From positions 1,434 to 65,433 of the forward strand of contig JAJCZH010000029.1 in assembly GCA_029262515.1 (NCBI GenBank): a DNA stretch of 64,000 nucleotides. The letters run 5' to 3'. The notes under the pieces were generated by a model. It did not search any database. It was not told the DNA's origin and was given only the letters and a program-made list of their open reading frames with translations. The position numbers were made by a program, and so were the translations under genes. Source of the stretch: Deltaproteobacteria bacterium (GTDB lineage Bacteria > Desulfobacterota > GWC2-55-46 > JADFVP01). This document shows positions 1 to 8,771 of the stretch, one piece after another; within the stretch, counting starts at the first letter, position 1, and every line of letters starts with the position of its first letter.

Positions 1-88
1 ACGCGCATTGGTCGGTTTCTTCTCTTGTTGGGGAGTCGGTTCGGTGGTCATACTTGACTTTCAATACGTTGTTTGTAAATATCAATTA

Positions 89-808
89 ATGAACCCTGAA
101 ACCATTTCTAAAAGTGCCGACCTTATTAGCAGCGCAGTCTCTGAAACCGCTGCTGCTGCCAGTAATGGTGCTGCAATACCCTATATGAGTCCTGAAATGA
201 TTGCAGCTGCAATAGGTGCTTTAATAGGTGGTGGCATAATTATTCTTTTTGAAGTAATTAAACAGTATAGAGCAAACAGTGCTCTCAGAAAGGCTCTTAA
301 GATCGGTCTCTACTTTGAAGTTTCGGATAATTTTATCAACGAACTTCCACTTGAAGCTGATGGTTCCCCTAATTTTGAACTAAATCTTTTTTATGATTCT
401 TTTTACCGGCAAAATAAAACAGATATCGTACGACTACTTGATGAAAAACTGCTTATAAGGTTGTCACGATTCTACACAATGGCCTCATATGCACATAATT
501 TAAAAGAGACAGTGTCAGAAAAAGCAACAAAAATAAATGCCCCTAGTGTCTTTAGTAATGCGGATGCAACAGCGCGGATTAAGAACTCACAATTGCACAC
601 ACTGCAACAAGGCTTAAAGCGTGATCTTAGGTTTCCACTATGTGCCGCCTTGGGTTCACAGGAAGTTCTAAAACCTGAACTTGAGAGTGTGTTTGCAAGC
701 AATCCTCTCGATTTTCAACTTCATCCTCCTACAAGATATGAAAAGTGGTGGAATAAGTACACGAAGGAACAAAAGGAAGCTGCGAAAGCAACTCAACCTA
801 CTAACTGA
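89..808 (+). CDS. Hypothetical membrane-associated protein. ORF-track frame 8..808; the ATG at 89 ('MNPETIS') is the more likely start.
   Basis: Long ORF with a hydrophobic segment 'IAAAIGALIGGGIIILF'. No recognizable motifs. Confidence 0.4.
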   Translation: MNPETISKSADLISSAVSETAAAASNGAAIPYMSPEMIAAAIGALIGGGIIILFEVIKQYRANSALRKALKIGLYFEVSDNFINELPLEADGSPNFELNLFYDSFYRQNKTDIVRLLDEKLLIRLSRFYTMASYAHNLKETVSEKATKINAPSVFSNADATARIKNSQLHTLQQGLKRDLRFPLCAALGSQEVLKPELESVFASNPLDFQLHPPTRYEKWWNKYTKEQKEAAKATQPTN

Positions 809-990
809 TCCTCCCACTCATGCCCTCACTACCCCCAATTGCCTGAAGTCGCCGCCGTAAAGCTGTTCGTCTATTATTGTAAAGAAGCAGCAGAGGTGCA
901 GTACTCGCTCGTGGCCGTGAATATCCATATAATAAGCGAGGGACGTTAACAGCTTGCCGGCACAGTGAAAGCAGATGCAGGTCGGCTCAC

Positions 991-2037
991 TCACGCCGCA
1001 TAGCCCCCTCTCAGATACTCGTCCGCATCCTTGGTGGAGCCCGGGTGAACGATTACCTTTACCTCGATATTGTCGTCCTTGAGGCCCTCGATAATCTTGC
1101 GCGTATACTGGATTCCGCCGCCGCTCTTCTTGCGGGGATCCCGCCCCGGGTCCTTGTCGAACCAGGTGAAGAGCGTCGCTCCGGAGCAGAAGTTCCGTAT
1201 CAGCTTTATCTGCTCCAACGTCGGCCCGCCGGCCGTGCCTATCACGTTAGGGAAACCGGCGTCCATAAGGCTCGCCACGTCGTTCTCGCCCTCCACCACT
1301 ATCAGCTCGTCATAACGGCCGAGAGCCGCATGGTTGATAAACCACGCCCCCTTCGGACCTCTCATAAAGCTGGCTACATTCTTCTTTTCAGGGTCCTTGG
1401 CCGTAAAGGCGATAACGTGGCCGTCGTGGTCGACTATCGGAAAGACCGCCACGCCCCGGTACCACTCGTACGGGTCTACGGTCTTCTCTTTTCGTGTGTT
1501 ACTGGCGAGGCCGAACTTGATTATCGTGTCGACCTTGAAGCCCTGCTCCTCGAGGTACGGAATAAGGCCGCCCCCTGCCGGCGCCCAGCCCACGCGCATC
1601 CTCTTTAAAACAACCTCCTTGTGCCCCCTGGTGCCGCAGAACCACTCTTTGCCCTTGCACCCGGGCTCTGCCATAGCACGCTCGTAAAAGGCCGCTGTGA
1701 GGCGGTACATGCGCTGCTTCTCGGTCTCTTGAGGCTGTACGCGCTCCGTCTTTTGACTCTGCTCAAGCTCCACGCCGGCTATCTCGGCCCCGCGCTTCAA
1801 GGCCTCCACGTCCGTACAGTTGTCGACCGCCATAATCATGTCGATAACCGAGCCCTTTGCCTCGCACGAAAAGCACTTGAAGACCCCCTTGACCTCGTCG
1901 AAAGAGCAACAGCCTTTATGGTTGCAGCACGGGCACGGCTCGAGGAACTTCTGCTTGACCTGGCTGTTGTAGTGGGCGGCCAGTTGCCCGATCGGCAAAC
2001 TCGCCTTGACCGTCTCAAAGTTATTCTGTTGCATCAC
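991..2037 (-). CDS. Phage/plasmid-type DNA primase (CHC2 zinc finger plus Toprim domain)
   Basis: Cys cluster 'CPCCNHKGCCSF...FKCFSCEAKG' matches the CHC2 zinc finger. 'VVEGENDVASL' and 'FDKDPGRD' match the Toprim acidic motifs. 348 aa. Confidence 0.8.
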   Translation of the reverse strand: MMQQNNFETVKASLPIGQLAAHYNSQVKQKFLEPCPCCNHKGCCSFDEVKGVFKCFSCEAKGSVIDMIMAVDNCTDVEALKRGAEIAGVELEQSQKTERVQPQETEKQRMYRLTAAFYERAMAEPGCKGKEWFCGTRGHKEVVLKRMRVGWAPAGGGLIPYLEEQGFKVDTIIKFGLASNTRKEKTVDPYEWYRGVAVFPIVDHDGHVIAFTAKDPEKKNVASFMRGPKGAWFINHAALGRYDELIVVEGENDVASLMDAGFPNVIGTAGGPTLEQIKLIRNFCSGATLFTWFDKDPGRDPRKKSGGGIQYTRKIIEGLKDDNIEVKVIVHPGSTKDADEYLRGGYAA

Positions 2038-2155
2038 TCACCCCTCTCGTCTTAACATGGCGGAGCCTGCAGGATTACGAGCACTCTATACAGAATATAG
2101 ATATACAAAATATGCTCTGTTACCTTGCAGACCCTTAAAAAGAGTTTTAAAGTTA

Positions 2156-2632
2156 TCACTCACCACCTCCGAGCGCCTTCTGCCCGCTTAGATACTCCTT
2201 AAATTGCGGAATAATAACCGAGCTGAGCCGGCGCCCCTTATGGTCTATAAAACTGCCGATAAAGGCCTCTTCAAAGCTGATAGCGTTCAGCTCGACCATC
2301 ACAAGAGTGCCCTTCAGGTAATCTTCTAAAAGACTGTATGCGGCCCTCGATGCAATCTCCAGCTTCTCCGCTTCCCATTGCTTTCTTGTCTTGCGCGCAT
2401 TCCAGGCTTGTGGCGTAGCTTCCATATAGACCTTGGCCAGTTTGCCGTAATCGACCGGCAGGCTGACAGGGTAATCTTTGTATTTGAAGTTGACGGCAAT
2501 CACGAGGTTCTCGATATCCTCCGACCAGGACAGGCTCTTCACCCCGAACTTGAGAAGCATGGCACGGATCCGTGCCATTGCCTTCTCCGGTTTTGCCGTG
2601 CTGTTTGCGTACGGTTTATCCGGTTTACTCAT
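2156..2632 (-). CDS. Hypothetical protein (mobile element)
   Basis: 158 aa ORF. Overlaps the next gene's stop by 8 nt, suggesting translational coupling. Confidence 0.5.
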   Translation of the reverse strand: MSKPDKPYANSTAKPEKAMARIRAMLLKFGVKSLSWSEDIENLVIAVNFKYKDYPVSLPVDYGKLAKVYMEATPQAWNARKTRKQWEAEKLEIASRAAYSLLEDYLKGTLVMVELNAISFEEAFIGSFIDHKGRRLSSVIIPQFKEYLSGQKALGGGE

Positions 2633-2867
2633 CCTCTCCCTCCGGAATAGAAACCTTGACCCAACCTAAAGAGAAACCCTCTTTTTTGTAACCCCTTAGA
2701 TTACGCCACGCCTGCGAGAACTTCTGCTCTGCCTTAATCTGATCAAGGCTGGTGGCAAGTTTCGCAACACGGTGCGATTGACTACCCTGAAAAAGAAACA
2801 CTATGTCGTGTCCCGAATAATAAGCAGGCTTGCCATCAATGGTGTGCATGTAATACGGTTTACTCAT
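2625..2867 (-). CDS. Hypothetical small protein
   Basis: 80 aa ORF in a co-oriented gene train. Confidence 0.4.
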   Translation of the reverse strand: MSKPYYMHTIDGKPAYYSGHDIVFLFQGSQSHRVAKLATSLDQIKAEQKFSQAWRNLRGYKKEGFSLGWVKVSIPEGEDE

Positions 2868-2978
2868 CTTCTCCCCTTTAAAAAGCGGCGGGGAGGGATA
2901 AGTTCCCCGCCGCCCAATCTACTACAGTCTATTTCGTTCCAGGTACTGCATCTGATAAAACTTAAACGTGTGACTGTC

Positions 2979-3206
2979 TCACTCTGGCATCACCTCCTCA
3001 TGGCCTAAACAACCCTTCTTCGGGTCGAAGTTATCGCACTCACCGACGGGCATTACGTCATGACCCTTGTCGAGCAGCTCTATTAAATTCTTACGGGCCT
3101 CGATGGGACTCACAGGACTCCCGTCTTTATGTGTAAAGAAACCGAGATCCTCGTCTTTAAGTCTCAAGGCCCCACGTATGCTCTGGCTCATGTGTTTTCG
3201 CATCAC
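2979..3206 (-). CDS. Hypothetical small protein
   Basis: 75 aa ORF in a co-oriented gene train. Confidence 0.4.
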   Translation of the reverse strand: MMRKHMSQSIRGALRLKDEDLGFFTHKDGSPVSPIEARKNLIELLDKGHDVMPVGECDNFDPKKGCLGHEEVMPE

Positions 3207-3216
3207 TTTTCCCCCT

Positions 3217-3498
3217 TCACCCTTTCCCGCAATAAGCCGCGTACCCCTTGCTGACCTTTATAATCTGCTTGCACCAGAGTACGAAGGCCTTCTTAAACTT
3301 CTTGACGTCGCCGGCGGCCGTGCGGATCTTCATCGACTCTCTCATCGCCTCGTATAACGTCTTATGCTCTTCAGGCATGCCCTTCTCGGCCCAAATTATC
3401 GCTGCCGAACCGTTTACGCGGATATGATCGTCGATATGCGCCACAGCCTGGTTAAAGACCTGAACCTCGATCTCTTCGTAAGGGTCCTTGTCGCTCAT
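3217..3498 (-). CDS. Hypothetical protein
   Basis: 93 aa ORF directly following 2979..3206. Confidence 0.45.
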   Translation of the reverse strand: MSDKDPYEEIEVQVFNQAVAHIDDHIRVNGSAAIIWAEKGMPEEHKTLYEAMRESMKIRTAAGDVKKFKKAFVLWCKQIIKVSKGYAAYCGKG

Positions 3499-3751
3499 AT
3501 ATCCCCCTATACTTTACACAACCGGCTTGTTGCTAACCTGATAGACACAAACGGCGATGGAGGGCTGCACGTCGCTCGCCTCGTGCAGCCCGGGGACAGT
3601 TATCACTTAACGAGGCTTAGGAGATGTAGAAAAGGGCCCCGGGCGAGTTACTCTGTCCATGTGTCGCCGCTCCCGATTATAGTTGAGGGCATATTTCAGT
3701 TCGTCTCTCAGGGGACTCGAACCCCATATTGACAAGCCCTCTTGGAACTCC

Positions 3752-4372
3752 TTAAAACGGCACGGCGCTTTCTTCAGGCGCGCCCTCTACCTTTACCTGC
3801 TCTATCACCGGCCTCGGGCCCTTGATAATATCGTTGTACTGGTCGGTCTCCACGGCTATAACGCCCTTTACGCGCGCCGTGACGCCTACCTCGGGCATGT
3901 AATCGAGACCGAGCTTGTTCTCGGCAGTTATAAATAGCTCGAAAGTCTTGCTCTCGTCCTCGCGCCGGATCTCGAACTCTAGCCGCTCGTCACCATCATC
4001 GACCGTGGCGCACTTGTTTACCGTGCCCTTAAGAATGAAGACGGCACGGTGTGCCTTGTGCTGGTCAGACTCGGGATCCCATGTGCTGAACTCGTAGACG
4101 TTGAAGTTTGTAGTGACCTTCTTGCGATTCTTGCGGTTGGTCGTATACTGGTCGAGAAAGGCCTTGAGGTAGACGGTATCGCCGACCTTGAAGGCCTCCT
4201 TAAAGTCCTTGAGCTTGGTTTTGCTCCAGATACGGCAGAAGGCTATTACGTTGCCGTACTCACGGCTGTTGCACTCCACCTCGATATCGAGGTACGGGCT
4301 ATTATTCCTGGTCTGCTTCTCTTTGAATGATTTAAGCAGCCCCCATATAAGGGCCGAGTTGAAGTGCTTCAT
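3752..4372 (-). CDS. Hypothetical protein (206 aa), charged, possibly nucleic-acid binding
   Basis: Long ORF. Its start overlaps the stop of 4369..4551 (ATGA). Confidence 0.5.
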   Translation of the reverse strand: MKHFNSALIWGLLKSFKEKQTRNNSPYLDIEVECNSREYGNVIAFCRIWSKTKLKDFKEAFKVGDTVYLKAFLDQYTTNRKNRKKVTTNFNVYEFSTWDPESDQHKAHRAVFILKGTVNKCATVDDGDERLEFEIRREDESKTFELFITAENKLGLDYMPEVGVTARVKGVIAVETDQYNDIIKGPRPVIEQVKVEGAPEESAVPF

Positions 4373-4551
4373 CTGTCCTCTATGTTTAAGGCCTTCTTTA
4401 TCTCTGGCCAGATAGCCTGTTCCATATCGAAGAGCATATCGTCTACGCGATCGAGACCCGGCTTTTCCATCTTAATGTCAACCCTTATCTCCATAATTTT
4501 CTCGCGGATAGCGTCATAGAGAGCCTGCTTTTTCTCTTCGCTTAACCTCAT
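4369..4551 (-). CDS. Hypothetical small protein
   Basis: 60 aa ORF coupled to the downstream gene. Confidence 0.4.
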   Translation of the reverse strand: MRLSEEKKQALYDAIREKIMEIRVDIKMEKPGLDRVDDMLFDMEQAIWPEIKKALNIEDR

Positions 4552-4576
4552 AACATCGATTCCTCGTGGTTGACAC

Positions 4577-4693
4577 TCAACAGCAGTAACCGATACAGAC
4601 GAAACGCTCGATAATATCGAGGCTCGTGTTGATAAAGATCAGTGCGGTGATGATTATCATGAGCACAATAAGTAGATTAATATCTATCTTCAT
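4577..4693 (-). CDS. Small hydrophobic peptide (38 aa, 'MKIDINLLIVLMIIITALIFINTSLDIIERFVCIGYCC'), not in the ORF track
   Basis: Its ATG overlaps the stop of 4690..5016 as ATGA. It is a single transmembrane-like peptide. Confidence 0.3.
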   Translation of the reverse strand: MKIDINLLIVLMIIITALIFINTSLDIIERFVCIGYCC

Positions 4694-5016
4694 CCCGTCA
4701 GCTCCTCCTCATTGTTGTCCATGCGCTTGATAGCTTCGTCACGGAGGCCTCTGAGCCTCCGGAGCTTCACGATCTCAAAGCTCATGTAATTTATCGAGTC
4801 GAGCAGCTCCAGCTCCGCCTCGAGCAGGAAGTCGCGCGGGTCGGTAGGTATGTCGAGTACTCCGTTCTTTTTCTCGCCCTTAAGGAACTTGCCGAAGGCG
4901 TTAAAGAGTACTCCCATGATCTTGGCGTCGGACGGCGGACGCTCGCTCTCACCCATATCGTACTCGGCAACCAGCCGGTCCATCCGCTCTTGAGCCTCTT
5001 TACTCAGCGGCATCAC
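4690..5016 (-). CDS. Hypothetical protein
   Basis: 108 aa ORF. Overlaps the start of 5013..5651 (ATGA). Confidence 0.5.
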   Translation of the reverse strand: MMPLSKEAQERMDRLVAEYDMGESERPPSDAKIMGVLFNAFGKFLKGEKKNGVLDIPTDPRDFLLEAELELLDSINYMSFEIVKLRRLRGLRDEAIKRMDNNEEELTG

Positions 5017-5651
5017 TCACCCCCTACTTTGACGTCTAAGTTTTTTAGATTGTTGTTAATCCCCTCGATTAACATGTCTACGTCACACAACTCATCCTCG
5101 AACAGCAGTTTCACAGCCTGCAGGACTCTTGCTCTGCAGCTCTCGGTGAGGGGTTCGAGAACCCCTAAAACAGTCTTGAACGGTTCAAGGGGGCTGTCGG
5201 GTGCAGGAGTAACAACAACGGGTGGTATAGGATCATCAAGCGGAGCCTTCCCCTCGGATATAGGCGTATACGTTCCGCCGGTCTTTTTTTCCTTCTCAAC
5301 CGGTTTCTTCTTGGCCTTTTTGGATTTATTCTTGTGGTAATACTCCTTATTGAGACAGGCACGGCACTTGCCCTTCGTGCGGTTGAACCCTGAGAGAGCT
5401 TTCGAGGCTGGCGTTTTACAAACCGAACACTCAGGCTCTTTAGGCTCTGCGGGCTTACCCTTCTGTCCGCGACATACCAGGGATGTACAGCCTTTGGTCT
5501 TCTTCAAGAGCCCGCAGGTCGGACACTCAGCATCACCCGGTTTTGGCTCCTTAGGGTGCATCTCTGCATCCTCGCAATTCATGCAGTAGCGACTATGCTC
5601 CAGTGAATACTTCTTGCACCCCTCTGTCGCACAGATATCTCCGTTAGCCAT
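5013..5651 (-). CDS. Cys-rich multi-zinc-finger protein (several CxxC pairs) with a Lys/Pro-rich linker
   Basis: 'CATEGC', 'CMNC', 'CPTC', 'CSVC', 'CRAC' and further Cys in the first ~120 aa, then a 'KKAKKKPVEKEKK' linker. Confidence 0.55.
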   Translation of the reverse strand: MANGDICATEGCKKYSLEHSRYCMNCEDAEMHPKEPKPGDAECPTCGLLKKTKGCTSLVCRGQKGKPAEPKEPECSVCKTPASKALSGFNRTKGKCRACLNKEYYHKNKSKKAKKKPVEKEKKTGGTYTPISEGKAPLDDPIPPVVVTPAPDSPLEPFKTVLGVLEPLTESCRARVLQAVKLLFEDELCDVDMLIEGINNNLKNLDVKVGGE

Positions 5652-5945
5652 TTATCCCCCCACTCCTGTTTGAACCGGCTTAACCGGCCCGGCGTGATCG
5701 CCCTTTTTAATCTCCGTAACGATCGCAAGCTTTTCCCTCAGTTCATCTATGTCCGGGTTTGCCGCCTCGAAGTAGACGGCCCTCTCGACCTGGCACGTCT
5801 CGAGGCGCCCCCTGATTATTGCCATCTGGTACATTGCGTCCTCGTCGATCTCCGCGCGCTCAAGGTTGCGGCCGTGCCAGATACCGAACTGTATTGCCGC
5901 AATAAGCATGACCGGAAAAAGTATATAGACGGTTGCATTCTTCAT
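5652..5945 (-). CDS. Small membrane protein
   Basis: 97 aa with an N-terminal hydrophobic helix 'VYILFPVMLIAAIQFGIW'. Confidence 0.4.
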   Translation of the reverse strand: MKNATVYILFPVMLIAAIQFGIWHGRNLERAEIDEDAMYQMAIIRGRLETCQVERAVYFEAANPDIDELREKLAIVTEIKKGDHAGPVKPVQTGVGG

Positions 5946-6027
5946 GAGAAAACCCTCCGTAGCAGCAGCCCTACAAGCAGCATAAAACCTATGCAGAAAG
6001 ACTCGGCCAGTATGAGTTCGTGAAACT

Positions 6028-6702
6028 TCAAGAGGCTGCCTCCAGTACGCGCTTTACGCTGTTAGCGAACCACTCACCGCCCTTCTTTGTCGGGACATTG
6101 AACCTGTTCAGCTCGCGCGCAATTCCCTGATAACCGAAGTCTCTATCATCCATATCTATTATCTTGTCGATGATCTTCTGCTCTTCTTCATTCTCTACGA
6201 GCATGCCGTCGACAACATCGTATCCGTAAGATGCATGGTTATAGGCCACACCAGAGGCCTTCAGATAGGCAAGGGCGTCCGTGGTGCGCTCAGAGATGAG
6301 GTTGCGCTCCATCTCGGCACAGGCGGCCATAATCGTGAAGAAGAAGATACCCATTGCAGACTGGGTATCTATAGACTCTGTAACGGAGTGAAAGGCCACT
6401 TCGGCCTCGTTGAACTGACTTGCTGTATCGAGTGCGTCTTTAGCGTTACGGAAGAGGCGGTCGAGCTTATAGACTATAACGGCATCTATTACACCATGTA
6501 AGGCGGCGTCTATTACCGCATGCGCCCCGGGACGATTCTTTATATCCTTGCCAGAAATGCCCTCGTCTCGACAGATGTTTACCAGCTCCAGGTCGTGCAG
6601 CTCGGCGTAGGCCTTGATCTTCGCCTCCTGGTGGGCGATGCTGATGCCCTCCTTGGCCTGCTCCTCGGTCGAGACTCTTATATAACCGAAAGCCTTCTTC
6701 AT
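6028..6702 (-). CDS. Serine recombinase (resolvase/invertase family). ORF-track frame extends to 6750; the start is more likely 'MKKAFGYIRVS' at 6702.
   Basis: N-terminal 'GYIRVSTEEQ' catalytic-serine motif of resolvase-family recombinases. About 224 aa. Confidence 0.8.
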   Translation of the reverse strand: MKKAFGYIRVSTEEQAKEGISIAHQEAKIKAYAELHDLELVNICRDEGISGKDIKNRPGAHAVIDAALHGVIDAVIVYKLDRLFRNAKDALDTASQFNEAEVAFHSVTESIDTQSAMGIFFFTIMAACAEMERNLISERTTDALAYLKASGVAYNHASYGYDVVDGMLVENEEEQKIIDKIIDMDDRDFGYQGIARELNRFNVPTKKGGEWFANSVKRVLEAAS

Positions 6703-6956
6703 GCGCAGACCTCCTTCAGGTGAAGGTTCTTGTCGAGAGGGCGCCGGCAACGCCCGTTGTGCCGGTCCTTACCGCTGCCGCGCTTATGGGCCTTTGTGTA
6801 GTCTTCGATAATACGGCCGCACCTGTCGCATGTGGCCGGATGGACCGAAGTAATCTTGACGATAAAGACCACGCCGCACGGCTTGCAGATATAGTCGTTC
6901 TCCACACGGCCGTAACGCTTAACCCTTTTCGAATCGCAGACCGGGCAACGTCTCAT
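6699..6956 (-). CDS. Zinc-ribbon small protein
   Basis: 'CPVCDS...CKPCG...CDRCG' Cys pairs. Coupled to the recombinase gene. Confidence 0.45.
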   Translation of the reverse strand: MRRCPVCDSKRVKRYGRVENDYICKPCGVVFIVKITSVHPATCDRCGRIIEDYTKAHKRGSGKDRHNGRCRRPLDKNLHLKEVCA

Positions 6957-7414
6957 GCGCCTACTCCTGCACTGACAGAACTCATTGCAGCCCGTAGGTC
7001 GGCTTTAATGGTCGGCCTAAGAAAAGCATCAACCATATGAGAGAGAGTGGCAACCTTGGAGGGGTCTTCATCACGCGCTACCTTGAGGACCTTACCTACA
7101 AGGATCCCCTCGTCGGGGCTTAACTGCAGACCTGCCGAGGCGTGAGCGGCCGGAGCGGAAAGATCGACCGGCATATTCTCCGGCGGCGTTACGCCGTCGA
7201 GGTACATCTTGCCTTCACCGGTCAAGAGCCAGTCGACTGATAGACCTGTAAGCCTTGAGAGCTTAATCACCAGGCTGGGCGGTATCGAACCACGCTTCTT
7301 ATAATTCGACATCGCTTGAGGAGTAACCCCTAGTTTTCTGGCCAGCGCCGAGTCATTCTTTAAGTGGTTGCCCCAGCGCATCCGTTCTACTATCTCCGCA
7401 TAATTCTGTTCCAT
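6953..7414 (-). CDS. CI-like HTH transcriptional repressor (phage repressor N-terminal domain)
   Basis: 'SALARKLGVTPQAMSNYKKRGSIPPSLVIKLSRLTGLSVDWLLTGEG' is a typical CI/Cro-type HTH. Confidence 0.6.
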   Translation of the reverse strand: MEQNYAEIVERMRWGNHLKNDSALARKLGVTPQAMSNYKKRGSIPPSLVIKLSRLTGLSVDWLLTGEGKMYLDGVTPPENMPVDLSAPAAHASAGLQLSPDEGILVGKVLKVARDEDPSKVATLSHMVDAFLRPTIKADLRAAMSSVSAGVGA

Positions 7415-7416
7415 AT

Positions 7417-7605
7417 CTACCTCCCGCTTGGTAGCTCTATGTGGTTATCCCCGGACACCGTGTCCGGAGTATCTGAAAAAAGTATCTTCATCTGGCCGTC
7501 TTCAGGTGCGACGGCATTCAAGAGATCAGCCGGCCTTATCTCTCCGTTAAAAAGACTGTGTACGAGTTCTCTACATGTAACCTGGTCGGTGTTCCTCACG
7601 CTCAA
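7417..7605 (-). CDS. Hypothetical small protein
   Basis: 62 aa ORF coupled to neighbouring genes. Confidence 0.3.
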   Translation of the reverse strand: MSVRNTDQVTCRELVHSLFNGEIRPADLLNAVAPEDGQMKILFSDTPDTVSGDNHIELPSGR

Positions 7606-7781
7606 GTCCTCGACCTCTTCAGCCTCTTCTTCCTGTATGCCTTTATAGCCGCTTCGGTAAAGTGTGCCGGGCGGCCCGGAATGTAGGCTATTTCCCTTGC
7701 GGACATTTTGTTCCGAAGGGTTGACGGCTTCAGCCCTAAAAGCTCAGCAGCTTCGAATGTTGTGTACAGTTTTTCAATCAT
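7602..7781 (-). CDS. Excisionase/AlpA-like HTH DNA-binding protein. ORF-track frame extends to 7841; the start 'MIEKLYTT' at 7781 is more likely.
   Basis: 'LYTTFEAAELLGLKPSTLRNKM...' resembles MerR-type excisionase HTHs. Its ATG overlaps the upstream stop as ATGA. Confidence 0.5.
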   Translation of the reverse strand: MIEKLYTTFEAAELLGLKPSTLRNKMSAREIAYIPGRPAHFTEAAIKAYRKKRLKRSRT

Positions 7782-8296
7782 CTGACCCTCTCTCCAATAA
7801 CTGCGAGCAGCCCCATAACGGCCTGTACTGCCTCCATACACTCTTTGCTGAGCTCCTTGAGCTCGGCCTTCGACACCTTGTTATCCTTGAGAACCTCGGC
7901 CAGCTTCTGGCTCGTCTCCCCGAACTCCTTGTTGTAGGTGAGAATCGCCTGCATCAACTCTTTGTCGGATGTATTGCTTGCCGGCATCTTCACCGGCGGC
8001 ATAAAACCGAAACGGGCGCATAGCCATTCAATTGGCACGTACGCCCTGTCGGGGTCGATCTTTGCAATTGTAGTTATTATGGTTTCAAGACGGTCGAGGG
8101 GATTACGGGCCCCGGACTGGTCGGGGTCGTCAATAGTTGAAGGAGGTGAGCACCACATACGGACGAGCCTACCGGAGAGATGAAGGTCATCAGCAACGAT
8201 CGTCGTATGCCGCCTTATAGTCTCATCAAGCGCCTCAAAAGATTTCCAGTACGCAAGCCCTTCTTTACTCATTGCCGATCCCCGCTTAATCTGCAA
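7778..8296 (-). CDS. Hypothetical protein
   Basis: 172 aa ORF at the head of the leftward transcription unit. Confidence 0.5.
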   Translation of the reverse strand: MQIKRGSAMSKEGLAYWKSFEALDETIRRHTTIVADDLHLSGRLVRMWCSPPSTIDDPDQSGARNPLDRLETIITTIAKIDPDRAYVPIEWLCARFGFMPPVKMPASNTSDKELMQAILTYNKEFGETSQKLAEVLKDNKVSKAELKELSKECMEAVQAVMGLLAVIGERVR

Positions 8297-8387
8297 TTGT
8301 CAGTTGCGCGGCCCTCTGCTACGATTTAGCATGGCCACCTATTTACAACCTACATGGAACCTGATAAACTCAAACTCTAAAAGAGCG

Positions 8388-8432
8388 CAGACAGGCCCGA
8401 ATAAATCTGCCCGATCTCATCGGGCCCGTCTG
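8388..8432. promoter_or_regulatory. Imperfect 13-bp inverted repeat (cagacAggcccga...tcgggcccgtctg) in a divergent intergenic region. Possible operator or structured RNA.
   Basis: 12 of 13 positions are complementary with a 19-nt spacer. Located between divergent gene starts at 8296 and 8535. Confidence 0.3.
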
Positions 8433-8534
8433 CTGGTATCGAGCACCGATCGCGTCGGTAGGTGGGGCCTGCGACCGCCACCGGGCTCAATTCGTTTAAA
8501 AACTTGTTCTGGATCTTCTATATATGGAAAGCTT

Positions 8535-8771
8535 ATGTCTCAAGATATTGAAGAGCCTTATCTTTTAAAATGTCCTAAGTGCTATACTTCGCGTTCAGGG
8601 ACAGGGTGGTCGTCAATAGATGAAAAGCGTCCCTATTGCGCAGGTTGTGGCACACGTTGGATAGCAAAATGTCCCGGTTGCGGTATATTAATCGATCCAA
8701 CATTTCACTCGAAGAAGACTGAAAAAAACTGTGTATCTTGCGGCACATCGTTCTCAGCCACGCCTACCTGA
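8535..8771 (+). CDS. Small zinc-ribbon protein. ORF-track frame 8304..8771; the likely start is 'MSQDIEEPY' at 8535.
   Basis: 'CPKCYT...CAGCGTRW...CPGCG...CVSCG' shows four CxxC pairs. Confidence 0.35.
   Translation: MSQDIEEPYLLKCPKCYTSRSGTGWSSIDEKRPYCAGCGTRWIAKCPGCGILIDPTFHSKKTEKNCVSCGTSFSATPT

Noticed and set aside
8-88. N-terminal extension of the first ORF (8..808)
   Set aside because: The ORF-track start is just the first in-frame position after the window edge or stop. The first real ATG with plausible context is at 89.
3696-3712. tRNA-like T-arm (GGGGTTCGAGTCCCC on the minus strand)
   Set aside because: No acceptor stem, CCA or anticodon arm can be assembled around it, and the T-stem has a T·T mismatch. 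Treated as a fragment, not a tRNA gene.
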